A DNA stretch of 48,191 nucleotides, filler included, from Streblomastix strix (lineage: Eukaryota): NCBI GenBank assembly GCA_008636045.1. It is 2 parts of 2 records of this genome, joined end to end, with 100 filler letters (N's around TTAATTAATTAA, not from the genome) between each part and the next. Parts side by side here need not be neighbours in the genome. Positions count along the whole stretch, not along the records: positions 1 to 24,086 come from SNRW01000249.1; 1 more part is not named here. One strand, given 5' to 3'. Below, one piece after another: positions 1 to 12,134 of this stretch. The position numbers and the translations under genes were made by a program. The notes beneath the pieces were generated by a model. It did not search any database. It saw only the letters and a list, made by a program, of their open reading frames with translations, and was not told the DNA's origin. Position 1 is the stretch's first letter; each line of letters starts with the position of its first letter.

Positions 1-179
1 ATTACTTAGATATACAAAATGATTATGCGTAAATAGTTTGAGTCTGCATTACTTCCTAGAATTATGAGTATGAATTAATGTAATCCGAATGTTACGCTTA
101 AGCTAATTGTTTCAAATAATCGCTTGATGCAAATGACATTTAGATTATAAAAAATAAACAGCATAATAAGTAATATTGA
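1..179 (+). pseudogene. 3' end of a hypothetical viral ORF (partial)
   Basis: Frame 1 is open (ITQIYKMIMRKQFESALLPRIMS...). TGA at 177-179 is in another frame and precedes a T-rich spacer like those of neighbouring genes. Confidence 0.3.
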
Positions 180-199
180 TTATTTTTTTATTATTATAA

Positions 200-409
200 A
201 TGGGTTTTTGGTCTGGATTGAAAAATTTCGGTAGCAAAATACTAGGAGGTATAACTAAAGCTGCAGGTTGGGTCGCTCCAACATTGAATAAGGTATTAGG
301 TACATTAGCAGGTCCCGTTAGCATGATTCATCCTGCGATAGGATCAGCTATGGGAATAGGGTAACGAATAGCTGGTGGTGTAGATCGATACATTAATGGG
401 CCTAGATGA
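200..409 (+). CDS. 69-aa Gly-rich amphipathic protein, putative membrane-penetration (adenovirus pVI-like) virion protein
   Basis: MGFWSGLKNFGSKILGGITKAAGWVAPTLNKVLGTLAGPVSMIHPAIGSAMGIGQRIAGGVDRYINGPR*. One TAA read as Gln, ends in TGA. The N-terminus resembles the pVI helix LWSGIKNFGST. Confidence 0.8.
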
Positions 410-441
410 TTTTATTGGTTTATTTTTTTTTCTACATCAAA

Positions 442-1023
442 ATGGATTAGGACACTATAATTGATATAAAATGTAACTTGAAAAAATTAAATAAATTGTT
501 ATATGAGACAAAATAGCTATTTAATATATCAGTGTAATTAAAATATGATAATGATAAACTTGATAAAATAGATAAAATGCTTTATTAATAGACTCATTAA
601 TATACTGAAATTCTAGAGACCTGCGGTCTGAGCTTACTCTATAGAAGTCAGAATCTTCGATTATCTGCTAACTCTAAAAGAGTATAAAATCAAACTAATG
701 ATGCTGAAAAACAAGAAACAGGTTATCTATAATTTATATATCTACATCATTGCATCGAATAGAAAATCAAAGCAGAAGCTGATAAGTAATTATAGTAAGA
801 TAACTTCAAATAGAAAGTCAAAGAGTATATTGATTAAAACCCTTTTGATAAATTGAATAATATATAATCGTAGATTCTATACTCTTAGAGTATAACTAAA
901 GAATGTATTAATTCAGACATTGAAGGAAAACCATTATCTTAGTATACTTATGCCGAAATTAAACAGATGTAACAAAAATAATATGAATAGGAACATAATT
1001 GTAAAATAATGGAATTCGTTTGA
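442..1023 (+). CDS. Hypothetical protein, 193 aa (viral element)
   Basis: Uninterrupted ATG..TGA frame with TAR=Gln (MDQDTIIDIKCNLKK...CKIMEFV*). Confidence 0.7.
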
Positions 1024-1050
1024 TTTTTTATTATTTTTATCTGAATGTAA

Positions 1051-1365
1051 ATGGATTAGGTCCTATAGTCTTATTAAATCAATGAGTATAGAAATTAAAG
1101 TGAATACTAGAATCTTCATTGTCACGCTAAATAGTAACATTTAATTAATTCACATTACTAACAAATATTAATGATAAAAACATTAATGGATTAACAAGCG
1201 TAATTATAGTAAATAGTGAAGTAAAATAAAGTTATTCTTAAATAGCGAATCATTAATAAACTTGAGTAAATGGGTACATTAAATAGAATATATAATACAT
1301 AAACTAATGAAAGAATATTAAGGGAAGATATTAATGAAATCATTAAAGATATTAATTTACTATGA
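1051..1365 (+). CDS. Hypothetical protein, 104 aa (viral element)
   Basis: Uninterrupted ATG..TGA frame with TAR=Gln (MDQVLQSYQINEY...IKDINLL*). Confidence 0.65.
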
Positions 1366-1401
1366 TTTTTATTTTTTCTATTTATTTTATCAATAGCATA
1401 A

Positions 1402-2227
1402 ATGACTAACCCAACAGCAACTAAAATTACATCCAATAACGAAACATTCACTATAGGAACATATGATGTATTTGAGATAATTATACGAAATTAAGATGGA
1501 TATATTAATGCTACCAAATTAGTCTAATAGATTAATGAAAAAGATAATGCAAGAAAGCATTTAAAAACTGTTACTTAATCATCATTGTATAAAGAATACA
1601 AGTAAACAATTTTTGCAAAAATTAATGTAGAGGGGGGTCGGGACGAAAGTGTCCCAGCCCTAATTGACTATCGATTAATCAATGAATATACTAATGAAGT
1701 AAGAGGAACATATATTAATCTTAGATTAGTTAATATCATTTGCATGAAAGCGAGTATTAAATATCTTGATATAGTTACAGATATAATGAACTCAATTAGC
1801 GAAAATCGCTAATAAACACACTAACTGTGAAGCTAATACTAATCGACTTATCAATCAACTTTAACGTGAAAACATTGACTATAGTAATACAATTTAACAA
1901 ATTGTACCAAGATTAGTTCCATAAGATAAACAATATGATTAAATATACTCAGTTGAACTCATTATCGAAGACATTGATGGAAAGTATTACAAAATACATA
2001 GATTACATAAAAATAGTATCAATAAATATCCTTTAATAGCATAATGATCAGCTATTTACATTGATAATTTACCAATAGCTGTATCAATTAATCATGTCAT
2101 TATGTATATGTTAAATGAAAGAGGTATTAAAATAAAAAAGCTTAGTTTTACTATTCCTGTTGAATAAAATGATGCTGAGATAATGAATCTAATTAGATAA
2201 ACCATTATGGAGAGATCAATCCACTGA
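1402..2227 (+). pseudogene. KilA-N domain protein (frameshift near 1825, internal TGA near 2044)
   Basis: KilA-N motifs IIIRNQDGYINATKL and EVRGTYI. First frame stops at TGA 1828-1830; a coiled-coil/C-terminal region continues in another frame to TGA 2225-2227. Confidence 0.8.
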
Positions 2228-2248
2228 ATCAATTTATTTTTGATTAAA

Positions 2249-3340
2249 ATGGCTTAAATAGGTTTGTAAATAATCAACAATGATAGGGAAAACGATTATG
2301 TTGAATGGATTGCTCAAGCCCCTACTGGATATAGATAATTTTAAATCAATAGCATGAATAATGTACCTCTAAATCTATGCTTCTTCATTAACGATGATTA
2401 TATTGAACTAAGACATGGAATCAAAGTGTTAAATTTGAAGTAATAAATAAAGACTGCAAATGGAACATATAAACTAGGATCTATTAATTAAATCCCTCCG
2501 ATTAGAATTAAAATGAATACTATAATAAATAACATATATATATATTAGATTCGAATAAATAGTCATATCTTAATAAGCCCAGCGTTAACGCATTGAAATA
2601 AACCGATTTTAACGAGTTCATTGACCCACAGGAATAGTATTTCGAACTAGTCAACTGTATTAACTCCAATTCTATTTGTTTCAATAACGGTGTAAATGAA
2701 CATACTCAAAAATAGTAGAATAACACATACAGCTTGAATATAAATAATGGTACAGATATATGTAGTTCTACATTAAACTATATCAATTTACGCTTGGATT
2801 CTATCTTATATCATTATTGGATAGTTGATCCTGATTTAGCAATAGCTTATCGATTTATTCGTCTAATGAGATTATATGAGCCAACAGGCAATAACTTTAT
2901 AACATCTATCGAACCTCTATAGGGAACCGATTAACCTTATAACCTTAATATAACGTATAATTATGGGAAGTAGATAACATTAACGAATGGTAATTTAATT
3001 GAAACTGATACTATCCCAATTAATGTATAATCATTAACGATGTAATAAATTAGCAATAGCATTAATACATTTCTCATTAGAATGATATGTTCATTACCTG
3101 CATTAAACGTATAATAATGGAAGGATATATACACTGAATGTTAACTATTAAATTAGTATGGGTAATATATTCCAATAGTAGCTAATAAATATAACAGCAA
3201 ATCACATTAAAATTGGTACGTTAATAGTATAGTATTATCTAACAACTTATATATACAATTAACCGGTGGACTTGATTTGTATGATGGTAATAACTAAAAT
3301 AATGCTAATCAATTGGCTAATATTACACTCAAGATAATTA
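2249..3340 (+). pseudogene. Putative minor capsid (penton) protein, copy 1; frameshifted and 3'-truncated
   Basis: MAQIGLQIINNDRENDYVEW... aligns by eye with 12135-13602 up to QLTGGLDLYDG..NANQL. Frameshift in the (AT)n run at about 2533-2545; lacks the last ~100 aa. Confidence 0.6.
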
Positions 3341-4051
3341 ATTATCAAGGATAAGAAAAAATTCTATAATTCATTATTCATATAATATTCATTTATAGTT
3401 ATAATATTAATATACATATATACTTATGACATAATACATATATAATAATCAGGTCCCGTATATGATTAATTATTGAATAATCTAATTTTCAATTTTATTA
3501 GGTTGATTGTTTATTGAAACAAATTATAAGGGACAAGAAAAAACATTTTTTATAAAAATTGTTCCAATACAGTAAATTGTTATATATGTAAATGTTGATG
3601 TAGTGATAAACCAATAAAATTGGTTTGATTTTCAAATTGAATATTTTAACAATATTTTTTATATCCAAATAATACTATTAAAATACTAAGAAAAAGTACA
3701 TTTTTTACAAAATATAAATAACTTCTTAATTTGTACAATAATAATTTTTAGGTTTATATCAACATCTTCTACAATGAATATTATATTAATTCAGAAGAAT
3801 CAAATTCTTCTATTAGCATAACGTATTTAATTAAAATTTTTTATTTGAAATTTTTTATTGAAATTTTTTTGATAAGAAAATTATTACATTTTTATAAAAA
3901 TAATAATTTGAAAATTAAAGATGGCTGTTATTATAAAAAATGCGCATAACCTACATAAATAATATTATTTAACTTATTCGAAGATTAGGTCTCTATTCTT
4001 ACAATAATTAAAAAAAATAAGCATTAAATAGAGGAATTAAAGTCCTAATAA

Positions 4052-4345
4052 ATGACTGCTATGAATAGAGCAATGAATTATAAGCTTGGATCAATGGACT
4101 GGGGTAAAAATCCAGTTAATGTGGCTCAATTTCCTTCGAGGGATATAAGCATGAGAATCAATGACAAAACACCATCTTACGTATTAATGAACAAGGTATT
4201 ATCTAAATCAGAGAAAGTAAATTAAGCTAAAATTAAAAAGAACTTCATTAGCGAAAAATAAATGAATCAATAGATCGAGGTATAGAAAGAGCTTAAAAAG
4301 AAGTATTGTAAAAAATTAAAGAATATGAAAACCAAATCAACTTGA
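4052..4345 (+). CDS. Hypothetical basic protein, 97 aa, convergent with and overlapping the pPolB 3' end
   Basis: Open frame MTAMNRAMNYKLGSMDWGKNPVN...KTKST* with TAR=Gln. Confidence 0.5.
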
Positions 4346-7300
4346 GTACATATAATTATCAGCAGTTAATCCATGGATAAATGATAGGCAACTTTAACTA
4401 TTTTAAGCACTATCATCTTAATTTATATTCCTGTTAACGCATTCTTTGTCGATATCAACTTACTCATACATTAAGTCTTTGACAGTTTAACTTCTTACAG
4501 TCAATCAGCTTATTAACCTAGTCTCATGTTAGTTCCTTGTGTTATTTTTCCACTAACGATATTATCAATCACATCCTATTTGTTTATATTATTCTATCGT
4601 AGATTAACTCCTTTAAGTTTGATTACATCTGTCAGTTAATTACGTTTGAATGTATGTATATAGTAATTCTTTGAGGCTAATGCAAACATCTCATTAACTT
4701 CATTTTCGATCGATAAACCTAGTAATTTCTTCTCATCTTTCACTTTGTTCAACCTTTCGGTTCATTTATCACCATCCACAGTTGGAAAAAAGTATTTTGC
4801 GTTAGTGTCATAGAACTACTGGTCCTTGATATCATATTTAAAACCATGGTGTAAGTTATCTTCGTATTATTATTAGTTTGTGCTATTGAGTATAACTTAC
4901 TTACCACTAATTGCCCAATAATCTGAATCAGTATCTCCTTCCACAAAATGAAGCTTCGTCATATCCATGCATTTATACATGAAATTATATATGAAATTAA
5001 GATATCAATACTTTGCATTGTCTAGTGTAAAATAAGTTACTTATAAACATATATTACATTTGCAATTCTTTGGATTAAATTGAACTACATAAAGGTTATC
5101 AGCTAATTTACGATCATTCATCCATGATTACTTGGTATGTGCTTCTATTGTCTTTTCTTTAGTAAGTAGTTTGATCTTGTTATATTTCTCAGTATTCATA
5201 CCATCAGATCCATAAGAAGCGTTTAAAATCATCTTACAAAATTTATCCAAACCACTATTTTTATTTTAATAGCTTCAATGCGTTTCTTCATGAACTAATT
5301 AACGAAAGCATTAAATTTGGTATGCTTATCGAAAGCAACTTACTGTTTAATATCATCGACAATAAAATGACAATCATCAACTAGGAACCATAAGTAATAA
5401 GAGCTAAAGATCATATATTAATTATGAGTAGATAATAATTGATATAATTTCCTTTCTTATTTATCAGTTTTAACTCCTGCTTATTACATCTATTCATACA
5501 TATATTACCCGATAACTGATTTGTTTGATTAATATGATAAATTACGAAATATAGGTGGAAAATTAAGGAAATCATTGATATAGTTAGAATCAATGTGTCC
5601 CTTCAGTTATACAATGAATAGCTATTCTTTGTCATTGAATCTGTTATCAGAGTGAATTATTTTTCTTGGTTAGATTAGATCATTAACTACACCTGTTACT
5701 TATCCACACACATACATAATACCGTTAGTATACTTGTTAAAGGGGTATAATGAGTTAAAATCAACGCTACAAAAATAAGTTATAGTATGATTAGTACTGA
5801 TTACTGTTACAGTTTTGTTCTCATCATTATAGTAATATCGTTTAATGGTGTCAACATTAGCACGATTATAACGATGCATTACATTTGATAGTCCACCGGT
5901 AATGTTACGTCGAATGAGATAATATATTTCATCATTTACAATTGTTTAGGGAAGATGATTAATATTACAATATCTACGGAGTTGAATAAATAGCTTAGTT
6001 ACCTTCTCATCCTTATCTGATTTATAACGATTGCAATATAAACATCAGGGTTAACAGTTTGATTTAGTATGAAGGAGTCTATTATAAATTCTATCTAGTG
6101 TAGGTTTATTATCCATCGTAAATTTATCACCACAAATAACACAAATAGATGATTCGAATAGATTCTTATAGTATTCATAGTCATTAATCGTCACATTATT
6201 GTTTGTCTTACGATGCTTTTGTTCCCTCTATATATTATATCCTAAAACTTTTGAGTTCCAACAGCTTTGAGATAAAATGAAAGGTTTAGACTTAGATTGT
6301 TATTAAGGATAGTTAGTGCTAAGATCGAAATCCTTGTAAACTATAGCATATTTAATAGCATTTGCATTAGCAGCAATGCTCATGAAACTAAGCATATCGA
6401 CATTGTTTTAATAGAACAAATTAATTAGATTGTTTAACGGTTATATCATTATCTGTGTGTCTAATTCATTATAGTGTTACAGATAGTCCCATCTTGTAGC
6501 GTAATTTTTAGCATCATTGTGATATAATAAGTAATCCTCATCAGTCATTATCTTATTCTTCGACATTGAATCAAAAGCATTAATTGGGAAGGGTTATGAT
6601 TTGATTCGTCCTTAATTATAGTTATCATATGTGATACCTTTATATGGAAATAGCCCTTTTGATTCGTTATCTTTATTACCGAAATCCTTAGCGAAACTAG
6701 TTAAATCTGTAGGCTAAGTATAATTCATTGCATCGATAAAAATGATCTAATATTTTATCTATTTATGTTCAACTACTATCTGTTTATTATATTCATTACT
6801 GCAAATGAAGCTTTATATCATCCACTTATCATTATGTAAGTATTTAGAGAATAAGGCTTAATCAAACCTACTAGAGTTGAATCCTATAATTGACACGTTT
6901 TATTTGTAAGGTATTGCTTCATTATTATACTTATTGTCTATTGAAACTTGTTTAGCCTCTTCGAAAACCTACTCAATCCATTATGTTATAAAATCATCTC
7001 CATTGCGTAAGTCAAAATAGATAGTCTTTAAAACTGCAAACCAAATGGAGTTATTATCTTTTTATATTAGTTGTCATTATTATATTAGTCTCTCCATTTA
7101 AGTTTGATAGTTGATACAACGGATAGGAGTTCTAATACTGAAATCCATTAGCTATTACGAATAATCTGATCATTTTTGTTGATTGGTTAACCAAAATATG
7201 TATTAACTTTACGCTCTACTGTTTCAAAATCACATGTAATGTAATATTATGTAGGTTTAAATTATTACTTAGTATTGTTCGCTAATAGATAAGCATAAGT

Positions 7301-8858
7301 TTCATTTTGTTAGATATGAGGGACATATGGGAAAGGTTACTCATCGAGTTTAACTTTCTTAATTATTTTACCGTCATTAATCTTAAATTTACTAATATGC
7401 TATTAATAGTCTCTTTAGAAGTTATTATCCTTAGGGTCAAATGATTATTAATAACAGTGTGGACAATATTTTTATCTCGTTAATCCATCTATATTAGTTA
7501 CATAGAATACATGATAGATGTCTTGATTGTCATTTGAGTCTGAAACCAATAGAATGTTAAATGAAGGAATATTTTCATCCATTGGTTCATCTTATTATAT
7601 AATTGTAGATTCTAGACTCGTAGAGTATATTTCAGTGTTGTCTTCTATTGAAATAGTCTTAAGTTTATTGTATTATTTTCACTCACCTAAGTAATAGAAT
7701 TTACTATCATTGTCATAATAGAATATATTAATATTAATCTTCTTCTTAATAATGAATTTATTCAACTCGTTAACTACATCAAATCCTTTATAGTCATTAA
7801 TGAAAGTATCGTATTACTTCTTCGCTAGATTATAGAATTCTCTCATTTATTTTTTAGCTTCACATCTAATTTGATCAGGAGATACTTTGCCTTTTAATAT
7901 GAATCTAGCATATGCTAACCAAATGCAATTATTCAAATCACTAACTTAATAGAATTGTTATTACTTATGTGATTTATAACGCTTGTCAATTAGCTCTTTC
8001 ATACATAAACCAGCTAATGGAAATCTACTAACTCTCACCATCATTGAATATATGCCAATGTATCTATATTTAGTTTATTCAGTTATTTGAAAATATTACA
8101 TCTCAACTATACAGCTTTTAATGTATAATTTATACTTTGCTATTGTCTCTTAATTTGTTATCATTATAGGAGCATATTATTGTATGTTCTTATCTAACAA
8201 AGGTTAATGATCATAGATAAAGTTACCGTAAGCAAACTCCTCGCTAATTGTACCAAATAAAAATTGAATCTTAAATGCTCTTCAATTATTCTCTTCATAT
8301 ACTGTGTAAATTAACTCATTGATATAACTTAGTTATATGATTTCATTATCATAGTATGTTGATGATACATCGTCATGAACTTAGACTATTTCTTCAGTAT
8401 TATATTCCTATCTAGCTTTTACAATCGCTTCTCTACATTCCTATTATTCCTAAGGTTGAGTGAACAACAAACATTTAAAATAATCAGTTATAATCATCCT
8501 CTCTAACAGTTTAGTCTCTATGTAAATCTATCTTCGCCTATAATTCATCAACCTCATATTAAGTAAAGTGTTATAGTCTAACGATTTTTTATTAAGTCTC
8601 TTTAAAGTTAGTTGCTTTAATTATTTATTTCTAAAATTTGAGTAAGTCTTCCATTATTACTTGATCTTTCAATTGATCCATCTAATTTTCGACCACAAAC
8701 GTTATAACCTTAGTGTAATTAGTTCTACCTCCTCGTCTAGGGAATCTTAATTCGTTCAGTAATTAGGTCTCTCTAGTTTTGAATTATTTAACGGTGCCAC
8801 TTGTAGCTAAATTAAATACTATCAATATGGATTATAATTGTGCTTTGGTTAATGTCAT
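4337..8858 (-). pseudogene. polB: Protein-primed family B DNA polymerase (pPolB), ~1500 codons, with internal TGAs and frameshifts
   Basis: ExoI TCDFET (~7225), ExoII GFNSSRFD (~6870), ExoIII HYNELD (~6470), motif A VDFNSLYP (~5755), motif B KMILNASYG (~5225), motif C EGDTDS (~4930), then IKLKGVN. Confidence 0.93.
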
Positions 8859-9157
8859 TTATAACATAATTAAAAAAACGATAAAAAATAATTACCTTGA
8901 GATAAATAAACAATTAATGATATTAAGTTATTAATGATTATTTTTACATATAATTGATAAAAATCAATTTTGACCCATCGACCTTTTGGTCCAAATGAAA
9001 ATGAAAAAATAATGAAAATAGATTACTAAGAATGATGTTTTATCTTTGTTTACAATATGAATTTGCGTTTTTAAAAAAATTAAGCGTTATAACTTGTTAA
9101 AATATCTGTTTGCGTATATGAATGGATTATTAAAAAATAATTATATATATAAAATAA

Positions 9158-10317
9158 ATGTAAAAATAAATTATTTAATTTATTGAAGATAAAGCGTTCA
9201 AAGTTGATAAAATAAAATTAGTGGATTTCATAAAGAATTTGAATTTTGTTTTTAAAAAATAATTCAACATCAATAATTTAGAGGAATAGTTTGAAGATAA
9301 AACTATTTCTTATTGGTATAAGATTAGTCTTGAAAATTTTTAAAAGTATCATGCTGAACGTGTAATGCACAATGTAAAACCGTAAGTAAAAACGAAGATT
9401 TAATTAGAGCAATAAAGAATTAAGAATCAATTTAGGAGCAAAGTTAAGGATAAAACCGATATAGTGTAATACATTAAATTGAAACCATTAAAGAAATATT
9501 AACATCCATACTTTTCGCCTGAATTAGGGAGCTAGGAAATTGATAAAATATTTATAATGCATCCAACAATTAATAAAATAATTCAATAATATCTATTTTG
9601 CATTAATTTTAGCATTAAGTACTTAGTAATATTTCCAATTAAAGATTAATCAGCAACTGAGCTATTAAAATGTACTAAATAATTAAAATCTAACAAACTT
9701 GTAAATAATATTAGATCTGATGGTGAATCAGCGTTGGGAAGTAAATAAATTAAGGGTTATTTATTAAAGAATGGTATAAATTATTTCAATAATTCATCTC
9801 CTTTCGTTAATAAAAATAGAGCAGTTGATTCGGTAGTTAGAGCGATAAGGAATGCGTTTGAAAAAGAACCTTAGCAAGTGGCTAATAATAAATAATTATA
9901 ATAAGTTGTTGATGATTATAATAACAGAAAACACTCTGCTTTTAAATAAAATTCTCTCCTAAATAAGTAAGTGAGAATGAAGATTTAGAAGGAATATTCA
10001 TTAGATAAAAAATGAAGATATTAACTGATGTAAAGGAATAACAATGCAAGGATAACTTAATAGATTTAAAGAATGATAATATAATAACTATACATCTTGA
10101 TTTGAAAAAAACTGCTAATGGATTTGAGAAATAACGTAGATAATTGAATAAAATAGCAACTTTTATAAAATTTGAGCATGGAAATGTTGTTTGTGAACTA
10201 TTGAAACCATATAATGATAATAAGATTGTTGAAGTAATAATTTATTATATTCATAAGGTTACAAACAATACTGAAACATTAAAAGATAAATATAAGTAAA
10301 CTTTTAAATTAGTTTGA
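9158..10317 (+). pseudogene. Retroviral-type (rve) integrase of Polinton type; frameshift near 9950
   Basis: SQEID...YLFCINFSIKYL...NIRSDGES...NRAVDSVVRAIRN...YNNRKHSAF, matching the rve core layout. Confidence 0.85.
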
Positions 10318-10337
10318 TATTTTTTCAAGATAAATAA

Positions 10338-10660
10338 ATGGACACAGAAAACTTAAACTTTCATAAAAGGTCTGAAGACTGAGGAAATATTTTATTGAAT
10401 AGGAAGCATAAGAAATCGCTAAAAAATAACGTGGTGAAGCTAGGAAGAGAAAACGTTTAAAATAAAAATAATTTGAAGAATAAATCTCTAATTTGTAATC
10501 AAGAATAATAGATATATTAAATAAAACTACAATATCAGAAGATATTTTGGAGTAAATTTCTCAATTAATTTAACCAACTTCAGAATGCAATCAAAGTTTG
10601 GAAACCGTAGGTTTGAGCTCCGCTACCAACTCCGTTGGCGGCATAAATGCTAAGATACAC
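10338..10660 (+). pseudogene. Degenerate hypothetical basic/coiled-coil ORF
   Basis: ATG at 10338 then an early disruption; an alternative frame reads EQEAQEIAKKQRGEARKRKRLKQKQFEEQ. Confidence 0.35.
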
Positions 10661-11700
10661 TAATAAAATATCATTTCTTTTTTTCTTTCAAGTTTATTTT
10701 TAAGTTATTCTTAAGCTTTAATTGATGATATGATTCATTTTATTGCAATCTTATGTGTTTTAGGTTTATCCAAGTTTAATCGATCTTTCTTTGATAACAA
10801 TATTTTACATTACCTTGCTGTTAACGCAACTTAATCAGTAACTTTATAATCAGCTATTTTATGCGGCTCATTAGGATATTTTTCATACAATTGATGCACT
10901 GGTTTTTATCCCTAGTCAAATCCTCCAATATATTATAGATCTTTGTTTATTTCTTTATTATCTTAAATTAGTTATTTTCATTTTTAATTTTATACTTTCT
11001 TTTAATCAATATCCTATTATTGAAACTCAGCTTATGAAGCAAAATCAGTGAATTAATCGGTATTTGTTTCGAATGGATTTAGGTCAAATAAACGCTTTAT
11101 TTAATTTCGATTATATCCTCCAAATTTTTCCATTCTTTCATAATCATTATCATATATGCAGGGATCAGGTACGAACAGTTCTATCTATGAACCAACATCA
11201 TGTGATGGTTAATCAAAACTACCATTAATATTTTGATTATTATCAGCATCCGCTTATTACATAAGTTGTTAAAACTATGGAATTAGTAAATTGCTTACAA
11301 TCTGTTAAGCTTCTTTCTAACTTTCTATTAGGTCTATAGGACTATATCCTCCATATCATCGATTTTATCTAACTTCACCTTTAAATCCTTAAATTCCTGC
11401 ATCAGCTTCTTATAACGAATTAGTCGAATCAACTTCAATAATTTAATTAATAATCTTTTTATATTAACCTCTAGTTAATTTTCCTTAAATAGCTGTAATC
11501 TACTCAATATCTTATAGAATCTAAGGTATTTTACGTACTCATCTTGAATCAATTATCTATTATTTTTGTTTATACTTTTATTTTTTCTTCATATATTACT
11601 TTGCATTTGACGCTTGTGGTTAATTACTTGGTCTTCCTACTTTTTTAGGTTTTGGCTTTGAACCAGTTGATTTAGATCGTTTAACTTCTCTCTATATTTT
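10660..11700 (-). pseudogene. Basic protein with repeated aromatic/aliphatic-GG-aromatic motifs; putative virion core precursor
   Basis: Single frame of ~340 codons with 4 TGAs. N-terminal KRSKSTGSKPKPKKVGRPS; internal YGGY, FGGY, IGGF. Confidence 0.5.
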
Positions 11701-11734
11701 TATTGTATATAATTTATATTTTAGAAATAAAAAA

Positions 11735-12080
11735 ATGGAAACAAAATAATAGCTTAATAAATATAATCCAATCTGTTGGAACATTCTAATTATCATATGA
11801 AGCATTTTGTTTATTATTACTTTGTTGAAATGATATTATTTTTCTAGATTAAAGTATGGCAAAAATAAATTGTGAAAAGTTTATGACTCACTCAGTATTT
11901 TTGAGTTAACTTATATCACGAGCGACAAAAAGCGATCCTGAGATAGAATTGAGATTTATATAAAGACAATACAATAGACGTTTTAAGATAGAATAGTTAA
12001 AAGAAATTTTAGAAATTGCATCTGAGAATAGTCAATCTGCAGTAATGAAATTGATATAGTATTTAAATGAAAGAGCGTGA
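11735..12080 (+). pseudogene. Degenerate hypothetical viral ORF
   Basis: ATG at 11735, early frameshift, then ...SRATKSDPEIELRFIQRQYNRRF...LNERA* ending at TGA 12078-12080. Confidence 0.4.
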
Positions 12081-12134
12081 GGTTTTATCATCTCTGATGC
12101 CGGCTAATTTTGGATTTATTTTTGTTTCAATGAA

